From IMG/VR virus record IMGVR_UViG_3300031772_000008: a stretch of 31,680 nucleotides of DNA. One strand, written 5' to 3'. Made by a program: the position numbers and the translations under genes. Below are positions 6,769 through 16,925 of this stretch, piece by piece. The notes beneath the pieces are model-generated. The model was not told the origin of the DNA and searched no databases. It saw nothing but the letters and a program-made list of their open reading frames with translations. The stretch is from an uncultured virus (IMG/VR IMGVR_UViG_3300031772_000008) (lineage: Duplodnaviria > Heunggongvirae > Uroviricota > Caudoviricetes). Position 1 is the stretch's first letter. Every line of letters begins with the position of its first letter.

Positions 6769-8214
6769 TTAGCGAGTAGACCAAACGGCGTAAGGTGCGT
6801 TCAGGCCACCACGGATTGAGACTCCTCCGTCAGCGAAATATGAGCTGGAGGGGTCGGTGTCTCTGCCGTGTTGTAATGGACTGTATTTAATGGCGTCGAT
6901 TCTTCCTGCCAATTGAGGAGTTCGTAGAACAACACGAGGCTCGACTTTCAATGCGAGTTTGTAGCACCACTTGATCTGTTCTAACGCCCAACTGTAGAAG
7001 CCCTGGTCAGTCCAGAAGAACTGTTCCATGCCTCTCAGAAGATTAACATCTGACTGAGCCTGTCGGTAATCCAGGTACTCGAAATAAGTAACTGGGAAAC
7101 CACCTTGGATGGTCAGTGGGATTGCATAGATCGAAGAAGCGTATTGACCAGGCAGGATATTGGCATTGTCAGCGGGGGTTAACTCTCGGATACCCGTGTC
7201 AGTGATGACAGGATAGCGAACGCCTTCGATGTCAATGTAATTCCCCTGTCGCATAGCATCACGAATCTGGGTCATGCTGGCTGCATCAACCATACCGATG
7301 TTTGAACCAACTTCGTCTCCATTACCTGCACTATTCCAAGGAGAACATCGATAAGTATTATAGCGGCAAGGCCAGCAAGCACTAAGTTCGTGCCATAGAC
7401 CTTTGCGCATCGCTAATACCCATTGAACGGGTGCAACGCCAGTTGAATCAGCGATGTCGTTCAAGTACCACATCATTGAAGAAAGGTACTCTACGATATC
7501 ACGATTGTCACCACATACGAGGTCATAGCCGAAGTTCTTGACATCTGAGTCAAGAGCGGGGCAGGCGACATCTGTATCGGCGTCACTTTGTCCAGTTGCG
7601 ATTTGAACATCTAAGCCTGGGAACTCACCTGCGGCGAAAGCACCTTGCCATGTCTGGTGATTTAACTCACGTTCCATATTGACTGCGGCGATAACCATTT
7701 CGGACATCGTAACTAAGTTAAGGATTTGCCCTTCGTTCATTCCCGAAGGGGTCATTCCGGTCATTCCGAGGACTTTTCCACGCAGGAATAAGTCTGTGAA
7801 ATCACCACGATGTAGTTTTAACATTACATCGTCCATGTCAATAGTCTGGGTGTCGAAGCGGATACGCCCGAAACGTGCAGTTAAGTTACAGCCTTTCATG
7901 TAACCTACAGGTGCGTCGTCACAAGCATGATCTGGTTGAGAGCCTGTTACAGCAGTAAAACCAGTGATAGACCCAAAACGCGGGTCTTGATATACGGTTG
8001 GGATACGGGGTAGTATCGAAGTAATGCCTACCGGACGCATGTGAGTCGTGATGATATCACGCTCTAGCCCTGGCACAGCGAATATACCGCCGCTCCCATG
8101 CAGAGGTGTATAAGTAGAGAACTGAGCAGGCGTCTTAGTGTGATCTTCCTTGTTCGCCAGTTGCTCTAATAGTTGAGTCTGCTTTTCTAGGATTTCGGTA
8201 ACTTTGTCGTCCAT
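6769..8214 (-). CDS. Major capsid protein (probable)
   Basis: 481 aa, directly downstream of the protease/scaffold gene; strong AGGAGG SD; followed by a terminator; GEFPGLDVQI and VVLRTPQLAGRI segments resemble HK97-fold capsid proteins. Confidence 0.75.
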   Translation of the reverse strand: MDDKVTEILEKQTQLLEQLANKEDHTKTPAQFSTYTPLHGSGGIFAVPGLERDIITTHMRPVGITSILPRIPTVYQDPRFGSITGFTAVTGSQPDHACDDAPVGYMKGCNLTARFGRIRFDTQTIDMDDVMLKLHRGDFTDLFLRGKVLGMTGMTPSGMNEGQILNLVTMSEMVIAAVNMERELNHQTWQGAFAAGEFPGLDVQIATGQSDADTDVACPALDSDVKNFGYDLVCGDNRDIVEYLSSMMWYLNDIADSTGVAPVQWVLAMRKGLWHELSACWPCRYNTYRCSPWNSAGNGDEVGSNIGMVDAASMTQIRDAMRQGNYIDIEGVRYPVITDTGIRELTPADNANILPGQYASSIYAIPLTIQGGFPVTYFEYLDYRQAQSDVNLLRGMEQFFWTDQGFYSWALEQIKWCYKLALKVEPRVVLRTPQLAGRIDAIKYSPLQHGRDTDPSSSYFADGGVSIRGGLNAPYAVWSTR

Positions 8215-8226
8215 AGATAAATCCTC

Positions 8227-9711
8227 CTATTGTTTGTTACCGTCCAACAGTTCGTTGATGAAAGGAACTAAAGTCCTTCCAGGAACGTTTGCGGCGGCTT
8301 CCTTCGGCTTGCTCTGGGCAAGCGAAGTTCGTCCATCGACCCTATTTTCGGGTGCGCCAATTGCTGATGTTGCAAACTGACCGAGTAATGCGTTCAGTGA
8401 TGCTGTGGGCGTCCCCTTTAGCACTTGATCGCGTGCATCGCTGGTCTCTTTGATCTGAGTGAGTCCAGCTTCTAACGCGTTCATGCGCTCTAACACAGGG
8501 GCAACAATGCCAGTAACAGCTTCCTGAACTGCTTTTTGCAGGTCAGCAACTGTCAGCGTAACCGTTTCAACAGATTTGGCTTCAGGTTCTTGAGTGGCGG
8601 GCTGGGCTTCCTCATTCTCCTTGCTTTCTAATCCTTCACTTACAGCCTTGTCTGCATCTTCGGCGTTGGCGGCTTCCAGACTTTCCAGGGTTTCAGGTTT
8701 GATACCTAAATTGGAAATCCATTCTTTCTTTGTTTCGTCGGGAATAGCCATAGATTCCTCCTTGCTTTCCAGGTTCAGAACTGCGAACCCGGTTAGCTTG
8801 TTCGCTGCCGCCCACGCTGGCAGAAAACTGATCTCACGGGTTTCGTGTTCCACGATTATAGTAGAGTCAACTTCGTCTCGCTTGATGCTTGAATAAGGCA
8901 TTCCATGCGAAACTTTTATCGGCTCTTTAGACTTCATCAGCGCCTCGGCAACATTCTCTTTTCCAACATCAAATGTTCCTAAAGCTACTGCAAATCCTAA
9001 CTCATCATAAGCAACACCATGCGCTTTGCCTACTTTCCATTCTTTCTTATGCCAAGGCCACAACTCAGGCATAGGTGCTTTCCCTTCCTTGACCAAATTT
9101 ACAAATCTCTTGTGGCTCTCGGAAGAAATTATCTCGCGTGGATTGTCATCGTCTCTGAATTTATTAGAGTAACGTGCCATCCACCAGTATTGATTACCTT
9201 GCTTCCACACTGTAATTCCAGTCTGGTCTTCAGGTTCATCCTTGAATAACTTCTTGAACATAACCCCAACTTCCTTTAACTTCGCAAACAAATCTTTCTT
9301 GGCAATAGGCTTTGTTACCTCCGCGGTATCGCACTGTTCTACAGTTTTCTCTTCAAAAATAGGGACAGGTGTAATAGTTTCTACGAACTCTTTCTTTTTC
9401 TTCCCCTCTTCATCCAACTCATCATCATCTTCTTCTTCAGGGATAAGGGCGACACGCGCCTTCCATTCATCTAACACCGCTGAAGCGCGCTCTGGTTTAT
9501 CCCCATCCGAATCACCAGCAATACCCTTCAGTAAATCAAGTGCTGCATCAGTCATCTCTTTAGCTTCACTAGCGTATAATGCTCTTGCATGCGCACTTGC
9601 ATCCGCTTTGCTGGCGTGACAGCCACCAGGAATTACATCGCCCGGACTGTCGTCCGCGTTGATCTTGTGAACACAGTACTTTTCACCATCTTTTGAAACT
9701 TTCCAGGGCAT
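8227..9711 (-). CDS. Prohead protease/scaffold protein (probable)
   Basis: Position before the capsid gene; GGAGG-5nt-ATG at 9711 (MPWK); central PWH..VSHG..EISFLP..AAN protease-like motifs; acidic coiled-coil C-terminus. Confidence 0.7.
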   Translation of the reverse strand: MPWKVSKDGEKYCVHKINADDSPGDVIPGGCHASKADASAHARALYASEAKEMTDAALDLLKGIAGDSDGDKPERASAVLDEWKARVALIPEEEDDDELDEEGKKKKEFVETITPVPIFEEKTVEQCDTAEVTKPIAKKDLFAKLKEVGVMFKKLFKDEPEDQTGITVWKQGNQYWWMARYSNKFRDDDNPREIISSESHKRFVNLVKEGKAPMPELWPWHKKEWKVGKAHGVAYDELGFAVALGTFDVGKENVAEALMKSKEPIKVSHGMPYSSIKRDEVDSTIIVEHETREISFLPAWAAANKLTGFAVLNLESKEESMAIPDETKKEWISNLGIKPETLESLEAANAEDADKAVSEGLESKENEEAQPATQEPEAKSVETVTLTVADLQKAVQEAVTGIVAPVLERMNALEAGLTQIKETSDARDQVLKGTPTASLNALLGQFATSAIGAPENRVDGRTSLAQSKPKEAAANVPGRTLVPFINELLDGNKQ

Positions 9712-9725
9712 GTTATCCTCCAATT

Positions 9726-9750
9726 AAAAAGACCAGATTTCACCTGGTCT
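9726..9750 (-). terminator. Intrinsic terminator-like hairpin directly upstream of the protease/scaffold SD
   Basis: Minus strand AGACCAG-GTGAAAT-CTGGTCT-TTTT. Confidence 0.65.
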
Positions 9751-9797
9751 GGTGTTAATAAATATATGCAGTTGTTGTATTTTACCACATCTAAACA

Positions 9798-10049
9798 TCA
9801 TTTACGCAATGTTTTCATTTTGTCAAGGAACTCATCAGCTTTTCCTTTTGGTTCTGACATAGCTAAATTATTAACTTCAGGTCGCATCCATAATATAGGT
9901 TCTCCATCAACTAATAATATAGTTACTGTAATAGTAGAGAACCCATTAGGGGACATATTGGATAATTGATTTAATCTCTTGGCTAGTTTAATGAATACGG
10001 GAGACAGGTCATCCATGATTAGAACTGCGCCGTGTTTTGGTTCGTTCAT
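9798..10049 (-). CDS. Hypothetical protein
   Basis: 83-aa ORF with ATGA overlap to the upstream gene. Confidence 0.7.
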   Translation of the reverse strand: MNEPKHGAVLIMDDLSPVFIKLAKRLNQLSNMSPNGFSTITVTILLVDGEPILWMRPEVNNLAMSEPKGKADEFLDKMKTLRK

Positions 10050-10531
10050 TTTGTCGTTAATCCCTTCTCTACAGCTTCCTGTATTTTTCTAGTAAAATCT
10101 GGTTGCATTTTCCTACGAATCAATGCACTCCAATCACGCCCTACAATACCTGGTCGCGGATGTAATTTGCTGACATATAATACCTTTCCTTTTCCAGCAA
10201 CATTTGTTCCAAGACTTCCAGGTACTTGAGTTTTGCTTTCCCAATCAGGAGATAAAGTAGCATAACGTACTCTCGTACCACCCTCTACCCATATCCAATG
10301 TCTTACTGCTTCAACATTTCCAGACGGATACGCACGGATGAATGGATTACCAGCTTGATAACCAACTTCATCCCTGAATATAGGAGGAGTTACCCAATGT
10401 TCAGTAGTCATAGCAAGATATACTTGGGCGCGTTTTGCCTGTCTTTTTAATGCATTTAGAATATAGGCACGCACACGATTAGAACTCATCGGTGCTGCTT
10501 CAATTGCTTTTACTACAAATAATCCAGGCAT
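10046..10531 (-). CDS. Putative neck/tail-completion-like virion protein
   Basis: Start at 10531 by TAATG overlap; WVEGGTR..HPRPGI..R..S pattern resembles HK97 gp10-like proteins. Confidence 0.5.
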   Translation of the reverse strand: MPGLFVVKAIEAAPMSSNRVRAYILNALKRQAKRAQVYLAMTTEHWVTPPIFRDEVGYQAGNPFIRAYPSGNVEAVRHWIWVEGGTRVRYATLSPDWESKTQVPGSLGTNVAGKGKVLYVSKLHPRPGIVGRDWSALIRRKMQPDFTRKIQEAVEKGLTTK

Positions 10532-10800
10532 TACATCGCTCCAACTGCTCTTAATGCATCTTCTATAGTATACACTACCGTAGTCACTTCCTGCCAATCG
10601 TCAAAGAAATCTCTTTCTTCTTGCGTTAATCTACCACCTTTGGATTTTACCTCTAATAAATATAAAGTTCCTCTGAATTTACAAAGCAAATCTGGAAATC
10701 CTCCACCAAGATTAGAAGTTATAGCGACCTTGCCTCCTGCTTTACGCAGAGCTTCAACAATCTCACGTTGATTCAGGTCTACTTTACCACGCAATCTCAT
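10531..10800 (-). CDS. VRR-NUC / PD-(D/E)xK nuclease
   Basis: KVDLNQREIVEALRKAG, GFPDLL, LLEVK, LTQEERDF..W motifs. Confidence 0.85.
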   Translation of the reverse strand: MRLRGKVDLNQREIVEALRKAGGKVAITSNLGGGFPDLLCKFRGTLYLLEVKSKGGRLTQEERDFFDDWQEVTTVVYTIEDALRAVGAM

Positions 10801-10806
10801 AATTCC

Positions 10807-11439
10807 TCACGGTCTAGGAGGATACCCAGGTGTAGCGGGTGCATTGGTGGGATAAAAATCACATGAACAATGATAACCTTTACATTCCAAAGTATACATT
10901 CTGGGTTGAATATTATGTCTCCTCCATGTAGAAGCACGATATACTCTTCCGTTATATCTTGAACACGATCTACAATGTTCCTTGGTAGGTCCTAGTTTCC
11001 ATTCCATTTTCTGGTCTTTCGCGGCATAATTAGAACCTAAAATCCTCACACGGTTGTATCCGCTCACCCATAATTCTGATCTCGCAATAAGAGGAGCTAA
11101 TTTTCCTCCCATTGCTTTTGTATTCGCCATGATTGCTTGACCTAATCCATTGATAAAACCTATTTCTGTATTTACTTCTTGTGTTAATCTCATGTGTTCT
11201 TCTTCTGTCAATTCACTCGGATTAACACCGTATATTTTAGCTCCTTCATACCACGCTTGAGTAAAACCTCGTTCTATCGAAATAGACATATGGTCTATAA
11301 ACCAGAAATAATCTACATTCCCATTCCACAAACTTCTAACTCCAGCACGTATATTAAGTCGGTATCCTTCGATAGACTTAAGTAGCATCGTTATATCAAC
11401 CTCGAAAGGGGTGCGGTGTACCGCCTGCCTCCTTGTCAT
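10807..11439 (-). CDS. Minor head / head morphogenesis protein (Mu gpF/SPP1 gp7-like)
   Basis: Directly after the portal; C-terminal W..G..EHCRSC..NGRVY..CKGYHCSC Cys motif; start could be 11439 or further downstream. Confidence 0.7.
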   Translation of the reverse strand: MTRRQAVHRTPFEVDITMLLKSIEGYRLNIRAGVRSLWNGNVDYFWFIDHMSISIERGFTQAWYEGAKIYGVNPSELTEEEHMRLTQEVNTEIGFINGLGQAIMANTKAMGGKLAPLIARSELWVSGYNRVRILGSNYAAKDQKMEWKLGPTKEHCRSCSRYNGRVYRASTWRRHNIQPRMYTLECKGYHCSCDFYPTNAPATPGYPPRP

Positions 11440-13117
11440 CGCCGTCTCCCTCTAGTTCGTCTACCTCTATCTTTGGCGCACTCGGACGCATCAAGTCTAC
11501 CTTACGCCTTCTAGGGTCTGGTTTAGTAGTACCGTCAGGAATTTCTCCAATATTAGGTGGTTCTGGTTTCGTATCCAGGAAATCCTCTTGACCGTACAGT
11601 TTCCTTAGTTCTCGTAAAGCAGCTAATGCTTTATGTGCTGCCCATCTTTCAGTTGGATTAGACGAATTAACAATGATCGTCATCGCGTCTTCGGATTGTT
11701 TATCTACCTTTGGCTTAAGGGTTTCCCACGAATTAGATTCAATATCCAGTGGATTTTCTACTCCTACTTCTATTAGTGTCTTTATCTGCGGGTCGTCTGA
11801 ATAGAACAAAGCTAAGACAGAAGTTCCATCAGCTAATCTTCCATCTTCTAACTCAAGCCTCTCAAACTGCCCTCTTTCTAAATCTCCTACTTCAACCATT
11901 TGAGCACGAGCAGTATGAGTATCCATAGCACCGTCTTTAATGGACGTAGACCAACGTCTTGCACGGATTTCTTTTGTTTCAGCAGACTGTCTATCTTCCT
12001 CGTCATCTTGAAAATCAAATACAAGTTTCAAATGAGGAGGTAAGTACTTCGAATTGAACATCAATTCAGTCAATTGAATGATCTGTCCAGGACCTTTACC
12101 TCTTTGTTTTAGATGTTGAATCAACGCATCTGCACGAGTCGCACCTGCTTCTAATGCAGGGAATAACTCTCTCGCGTCCATTCCTAAAGCCATCGCTATA
12201 ACAGCCATGCCTAGTTCAACATTGTCTCTTTCGTTGAAACCATCCGGTAGACCAGACAAGTCCATCAATTCTAGTTTAGCCTCTGGTAGACTTGAGTCAC
12301 CCACTACTGCTATCTTTGAATAACGAGAAAGTCCCTGAGAATCCTCAATACTTTCAACAATTCTGAACGCTTGACTTACATCTTCTGGGTCTATTCCACC
12401 CCCCGTAACTATAATCCCTCTACGTGGTCTACTACCTAGTTTTTCCTGCTTGTAAATTAATATATCTAAGAGAGATTGAGAGGTGTTTATCGCACGCGAA
12501 ATACTGCAAAAACCGACACCGAACATTTGAGCAATAGTCGACTCCATCTGCGCTTTATACATCACCCTGGTGAAATGCAACTTATACATCTTCCCAGTTG
12601 GGTCGTGGTAGATAACTGGAAAGATTGGGTCTCCAGTCCTCTGACATAAAGCAGGGTCTAAAGTCCTTACAGTTACAGGTCGTCCAATGATAGGACCGTC
12701 AGGTCTTCCTTCGCCAATGATCTCAGCGAATGTCCCATTGTCCTGAGTGACTAACGCCTCAACGAATTTCTCATAGAACGATGACCAACCCGCCCCAAAT
12801 TCAGCACCTATTAATAGACGAGAAGTCTCACTTTCTGCTTCTTTAACGTGTTCTACAATGGACTGATCTCTAGCTTGAACTCTTACAGGGATGGCACTCA
12901 TCTTGGATTCCATTGTATAGATAGCACCGCTTAAATAATCCACCTGTTTCCAGAAATTAGCAAGTTGGACATCACGCGTAGTGGACCACCACGGGTACAT
13001 AGACATACCTGCACGCGTAAGATATCGAAATACGTTCAATCCCCCCTGTGTATCTGACGGTGGTGGGGAAATAGTTTGCTGTAAACTCTGTTCTACTAAT
13101 TTCTGTATCTCACTCAT
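11396..13117 (-). CDS. Portal protein
   Basis: 573 aa directly downstream of TerL; ALVTQDNGTFAEII, MFGVGFCSI and IAMALGMDAREL portal-like segments; GAGGAG SD. Confidence 0.75.
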   Translation of the reverse strand: MSEIQKLVEQSLQQTISPPPSDTQGGLNVFRYLTRAGMSMYPWWSTTRDVQLANFWKQVDYLSGAIYTMESKMSAIPVRVQARDQSIVEHVKEAESETSRLLIGAEFGAGWSSFYEKFVEALVTQDNGTFAEIIGEGRPDGPIIGRPVTVRTLDPALCQRTGDPIFPVIYHDPTGKMYKLHFTRVMYKAQMESTIAQMFGVGFCSISRAINTSQSLLDILIYKQEKLGSRPRRGIIVTGGGIDPEDVSQAFRIVESIEDSQGLSRYSKIAVVGDSSLPEAKLELMDLSGLPDGFNERDNVELGMAVIAMALGMDARELFPALEAGATRADALIQHLKQRGKGPGQIIQLTELMFNSKYLPPHLKLVFDFQDDEEDRQSAETKEIRARRWSTSIKDGAMDTHTARAQMVEVGDLERGQFERLELEDGRLADGTSVLALFYSDDPQIKTLIEVGVENPLDIESNSWETLKPKVDKQSEDAMTIIVNSSNPTERWAAHKALAALRELRKLYGQEDFLDTKPEPPNIGEIPDGTTKPDPRRRKVDLMRPSAPKIEVDELEGDGDDKEAGGTPHPFRG

Positions 13118-13127
13118 GTTTAGCTCC

Positions 13128-14768
13128 TCAATCGCTCAATCTTATAATACGTGCTCTCTCTGCGGGAATGAAGGTCAATATTAATGCGTCCGCGTAGTTG
13201 GGAGACCTCTTGAGTTTTTCCCGCATATCATCTTTGGACATCATGTGAATCTTTCCACGGTCATCTATGCGATATGTAGGGGTCATTAATTCTTCCATCA
13301 GCATAGGTTCAGGAGGGAGCATGGCTTCATCTTCCCTTAACCACTCTCTACATGCCCACCACATCTGGTCTCTTATCTGAAAAAACTCTCCCAGTTCACT
13401 TACAATAGAAGGACTTGGCTTACCAGCCGCTTTCACAGATATACATCTCAATCCTTTCACTAATTTACTTACTTGAGGGGCGACTGAAGAACCATACCCA
13501 GTCCCGTCTACTAAAAGAATATCTACATTGTAGATACGGCATAACTCTGCCGCCCTCTCTCCACTTACTGTAGGATCAACTCCCTGCCATATCCTTTCAA
13601 CTCTTGGTACAAAGTTTCCATATCTCAATACAGGTGCGTTAAAGTCTTGCCCGAACTCAGCCACATCAAGACCCAATCTAGGTCTGATAGAGGGAGGTCT
13701 CTCACCATTCTCAGCCACATAATTATCCCAACGTTCTCTTGCCAGTCTTATCCACTCTGCGTTGATTAATTGATTCTCGCCTTGTTCTGGATACTGTCCT
13801 AAAACCATGTATGAGAAAGCAGATTCCATGATAACTCTCATCCCTTCTTTGAGAGGTGGATAGGGTATTCCCTGTAAACTATTAGCGGTCGTTCCAACAA
13901 GGAAATCAGGTACTTCGAACTTACGTGAAGCGGTCGGGTTCTCACCTTCAACAGCCGGTCGTGTCCATTGGTTTATTCTACGCACGACTGTTTCTCTTGT
14001 GACTGCACCAGGGATAATATCGTCTCCCGATAATACATTGGGATGTCTTAGAGCAGATAGATTAATAAATTTGGCTTTCTGGTCTATCTCCATTTGGTAG
14101 ATTGGACCTTGTTGCGATTTGGGGTTGAACATAACTAATAGTCTAGCCATACCACCGGACATGCAAGATTCGATACCTTCGTATACCTCTGGTGGAACAG
14201 CATCGCCTTCGTCTACAAGAAACAAAAGGTGAGGTGCGTGCTTACCAGAGAATTTACTTACTCTTTCTGAACTTGTTCCCGTCATAGGAATAGTAACGCC
14301 ACTGACAAATGATTCATCGTGGCGTTTTATTTCGAGTTCCTTGATAGTGAATTTTTTGAATAGGTCTGGGTGTAGACGAACTGCCCGCATCATAGCACCC
14401 CACAATATATTCTTCAAGTTCTCTAACGGAGGGGCTGCGGTCATAAATACCTTAGCGTCATCATAGACAGAAAACCACCATAATGCAATATCTGCGCTCG
14501 AATACGACTTACCTACTGCGTTCCCACTCTTAGCAACTGTCACTGGATTATCTACAACAGACCTCATCAGGTCTTCGACATCACTATAATAACTATGTCC
14601 TAATACTTCGTTCCCAAATCTAACGGGATCACGCTGATACTCCGCAAGTAAAGATAAGTTGGCGCGCTTCTTCGCCTCAGCCCAAGCCTCTCGGTACATG
14701 GTCTGCGCCCAGGTTGGGAGGTTACTTATATCTACTTGTTGGTCTAATGTAGTGGTCATATATATCAC
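13128..14768 (-). CDS. terL: Terminase large subunit
   Basis: Walker A AKSGNAVGKS, Walker B LFLVDEG, motif III MFNP, RNase H-like LGLDVAEFGQD, VDGTGYG, SPNYADAL. Confidence 0.92.
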   Translation of the reverse strand: MIYMTTTLDQQVDISNLPTWAQTMYREAWAEAKKRANLSLLAEYQRDPVRFGNEVLGHSYYSDVEDLMRSVVDNPVTVAKSGNAVGKSYSSADIALWWFSVYDDAKVFMTAAPPLENLKNILWGAMMRAVRLHPDLFKKFTIKELEIKRHDESFVSGVTIPMTGTSSERVSKFSGKHAPHLLFLVDEGDAVPPEVYEGIESCMSGGMARLLVMFNPKSQQGPIYQMEIDQKAKFINLSALRHPNVLSGDDIIPGAVTRETVVRRINQWTRPAVEGENPTASRKFEVPDFLVGTTANSLQGIPYPPLKEGMRVIMESAFSYMVLGQYPEQGENQLINAEWIRLARERWDNYVAENGERPPSIRPRLGLDVAEFGQDFNAPVLRYGNFVPRVERIWQGVDPTVSGERAAELCRIYNVDILLVDGTGYGSSVAPQVSKLVKGLRCISVKAAGKPSPSIVSELGEFFQIRDQMWWACREWLREDEAMLPPEPMLMEELMTPTYRIDDRGKIHMMSKDDMREKLKRSPNYADALILTFIPAERARIIRLSD

Positions 14769-14803
14769 ATATATACAGGCAGGATAGACTACCTGATTAG
14801 GAT

Positions 14804-14812
14804 ATTATAACA
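14804..14812 (-). promoter_or_regulatory. Extended -10 promoter (TGtTATAAT) upstream of terL
   Basis: Minus strand TGT-TATAAT in the intergenic gap, followed by a CAGGTAG/CTGCCTG hairpin (14776-14795). Confidence 0.55.
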
Positions 14813-14831
14813 CTATATATTGAGATATGAA

Positions 14832-15725
14832 CTACATACGAGAGAATGTCATCTGTTCCGGTGTAATATCAGTTGCCTTTTGACTGCCTCGATATTCGTC
14901 AAACGGCATAAATCCAAGCATATTCAGTCTTGCATAATATCGCATATAATCAGCCAATTCTTTGTATGTCCAGTTTGGTGATATATATTCATTCTTTCGT
15001 TTTGCATGTAACGGTTGATACCGCATTGGATTAGGTAATGCACCCATCCCCCTAACAGTATCTAATCTATATCGTGCATCATCAGGAGTATCGTTATATC
15101 CAATTAGTACATAGACCCTGATCTGTTGTGTTTTTATTCCATGCTTTATAAGTAATTCAAATGCCTTTCGATATTTATATTCAGTTTTTGTATCATCCCA
15201 TGCCAATCTAATAATAGTATCTTTAGGTAATTCCTCAAATCTAATAGCATGATGTATAGATAGCAACCGTGCGTCTAGTCCCTGATTGAAGTCAATCCCC
15301 GATATATTATTCTCAAGTAGTCGGTCAATAACTTTATCAAAGTGTGAATCACTACATGCCAATAGATTGTTATCGCATATTATAGGATTTACTTTCCAGT
15401 CGTCAAGCTCTACCAACTTACCCTCAATTTTAGGAACGGCACAGAATGAACAATTACGGATACATCCCCGACTGGTAAATGTCGCATCGGGATTATGTCT
15501 TTCTAGCGCGTCCGGTAAACCCGTAAGGTCAAACGCCGTAAACATTGATGGATTATTGATAATCGCTGGACCTCCAACTTTAACATAAAAACCAGATGAT
15601 TGAAGAAAGAGTGCCCGCATGTATGCTTTATCTAGTTGCCATGAAAACACACAGGACACATACGCTGTATCTTCCTCAATCCAATCTATCAGCCCACCAG
15701 ACCAACTCACTTTTTCTTTTCCCAT
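14832..15725 (-). CDS. Radical SAM enzyme
   Basis: TSRGCIRNCSFC (CxxxCxxC), DNNLL, DFNQGLDARL, YVLIGY, PMRY motifs; VGGP in the N-terminal region. Confidence 0.9.
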   Translation of the reverse strand: MGKEKVSWSGGLIDWIEEDTAYVSCVFSWQLDKAYMRALFLQSSGFYVKVGGPAIINNPSMFTAFDLTGLPDALERHNPDATFTSRGCIRNCSFCAVPKIEGKLVELDDWKVNPIICDNNLLACSDSHFDKVIDRLLENNISGIDFNQGLDARLLSIHHAIRFEELPKDTIIRLAWDDTKTEYKYRKAFELLIKHGIKTQQIRVYVLIGYNDTPDDARYRLDTVRGMGALPNPMRYQPLHAKRKNEYISPNWTYKELADYMRYYARLNMLGFMPFDEYRGSQKATDITPEQMTFSRM

Positions 15726-15913
15726 TCAATCATATTGCGGATATGCACAATGGCATATAGAATGACACCAGGAATCAACCCCCATTGTTGTATATGGATT
15801 GCATAGATAAGCCACAGTATCTGATTAGCAATGCCTACCCGTGGCCCCCATTTGCTCTTATTACCCATCAGCCAAAGCATTGTTGCAGAAGTAAAACTAA
15901 GTATCCATGCCAT
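15707..15913 (-). CDS. Small membrane protein, PnuC-like half-transporter pattern
   Basis: WLMGNKSKWG..GIANQILWLIYAI..QQWG; three short hydrophobic helices. Confidence 0.55.
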   Translation of the reverse strand: MAWILSFTSATMLWLMGNKSKWGPRVGIANQILWLIYAIHIQQWGLIPGVILYAIVHIRNMIEWEKKK

Positions 15914-15916
15914 CTA

Positions 15917-16669
15917 TCACATACCTCCCGCGACTGGTTTACCTTGTAAGCCCTCAGAATTAAAGAGACGCCTCCCACCTACGGCATTTATTTCTAAAGC
16001 CGCTTGAGCATTAGTATGAGGATTGTCACCGCAGGAACGATTGTGGAGGATACGGACTGTAGATACTACGCATACGCCAAATCCAAATCGCGCATGATAC
16101 TCTTCCGTCAATACATACATATTGATATACTTATTGATCCACAGCGCTTCTCTGAGAGGTCCTTGATCGTTGTTTTTGTAAACTTCTGGGTGTTTTTCGT
16201 AAAGTTCTAACCAGTCTGCAAATAAATTTTTAACGTGCTCGTTTGTTTTAACTAGCATGACTCCGATTTCAAACTCTGGAAATGAATTAGGAATATAACT
16301 GACTGTATTCGTTGTCTGACGAGTCACCCCATGACTCACACAAATATCAAACCTATCTGCTAGTTCAAACAAGTCATCTATGGGAGCAGCTACATACGTA
16401 TCTGTGTCAAGGAATAATATATTATCAAAGTCATTACGCAGAGCGTTAAATGCTTCACCAACGTATCTCGTACTATCGAGATACCATATGTCGGGGTATC
16501 TTCGAGGGGATAGTTCTATCAACCCATCGTATCCCGATGGGACGTGCTTAACGTCTGTCGCGAGAATACACGGTATATCTGGATGCCATCTCTTAAAACT
16601 CTCGCGACTCTCTATCGCATCGATTGTGTAACTTTCACCACCTGCTATCCAAACGACTGCTGATTTCAT
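15917..16669 (-). CDS. GT-A glycosyltransferase (GT8-like / nucleotide-diphospho-sugar transferase)
   Basis: ILFLDTDTYV DxD motif, IGVMLVK, NDQGPLREALW, RILH. Confidence 0.8.
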   Translation of the reverse strand: MKSAVVWIAGGESYTIDAIESRESFKRWHPDIPCILATDVKHVPSGYDGLIELSPRRYPDIWYLDSTRYVGEAFNALRNDFDNILFLDTDTYVAAPIDDLFELADRFDICVSHGVTRQTTNTVSYIPNSFPEFEIGVMLVKTNEHVKNLFADWLELYEKHPEVYKNNDQGPLREALWINKYINMYVLTEEYHARFGFGVCVVSTVRILHNRSCGDNPHTNAQAALEINAVGGRRLFNSEGLQGKPVAGGM

Positions 16670-16914
16670 GTATCCTTCCCGTCTAAATAATTTCTCATTG
16701 ACCCAATAGCTATTGCAATTTCTTCGGCTTTTTTCGTATATTCTTTTATAAATGCAGACATTATCGATGGCAATTCCGTAATAGGCAAATCCATTACACC
16801 ACCCACTGTTACTTGTTCTAACAATTCAAGCATATCAGAAAATTCCATCTTGCTTGTATAAAATTTATACAAAGCACTCAGCGGAACTTTAGTAAAATCT
16901 ATTTTATGTTCCAT
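16666..16914 (-). CDS. Hypothetical protein
   Basis: 82-aa ORF with ATGA overlap to the downstream gene. Confidence 0.7.
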   Translation of the reverse strand: MEHKIDFTKVPLSALYKFYTSKMEFSDMLELLEQVTVGGVMDLPITELPSIMSAFIKEYTKKAEEIAIAIGSMRNYLDGKDT

Positions 16915-16925
16915 ATTCTACCCTT

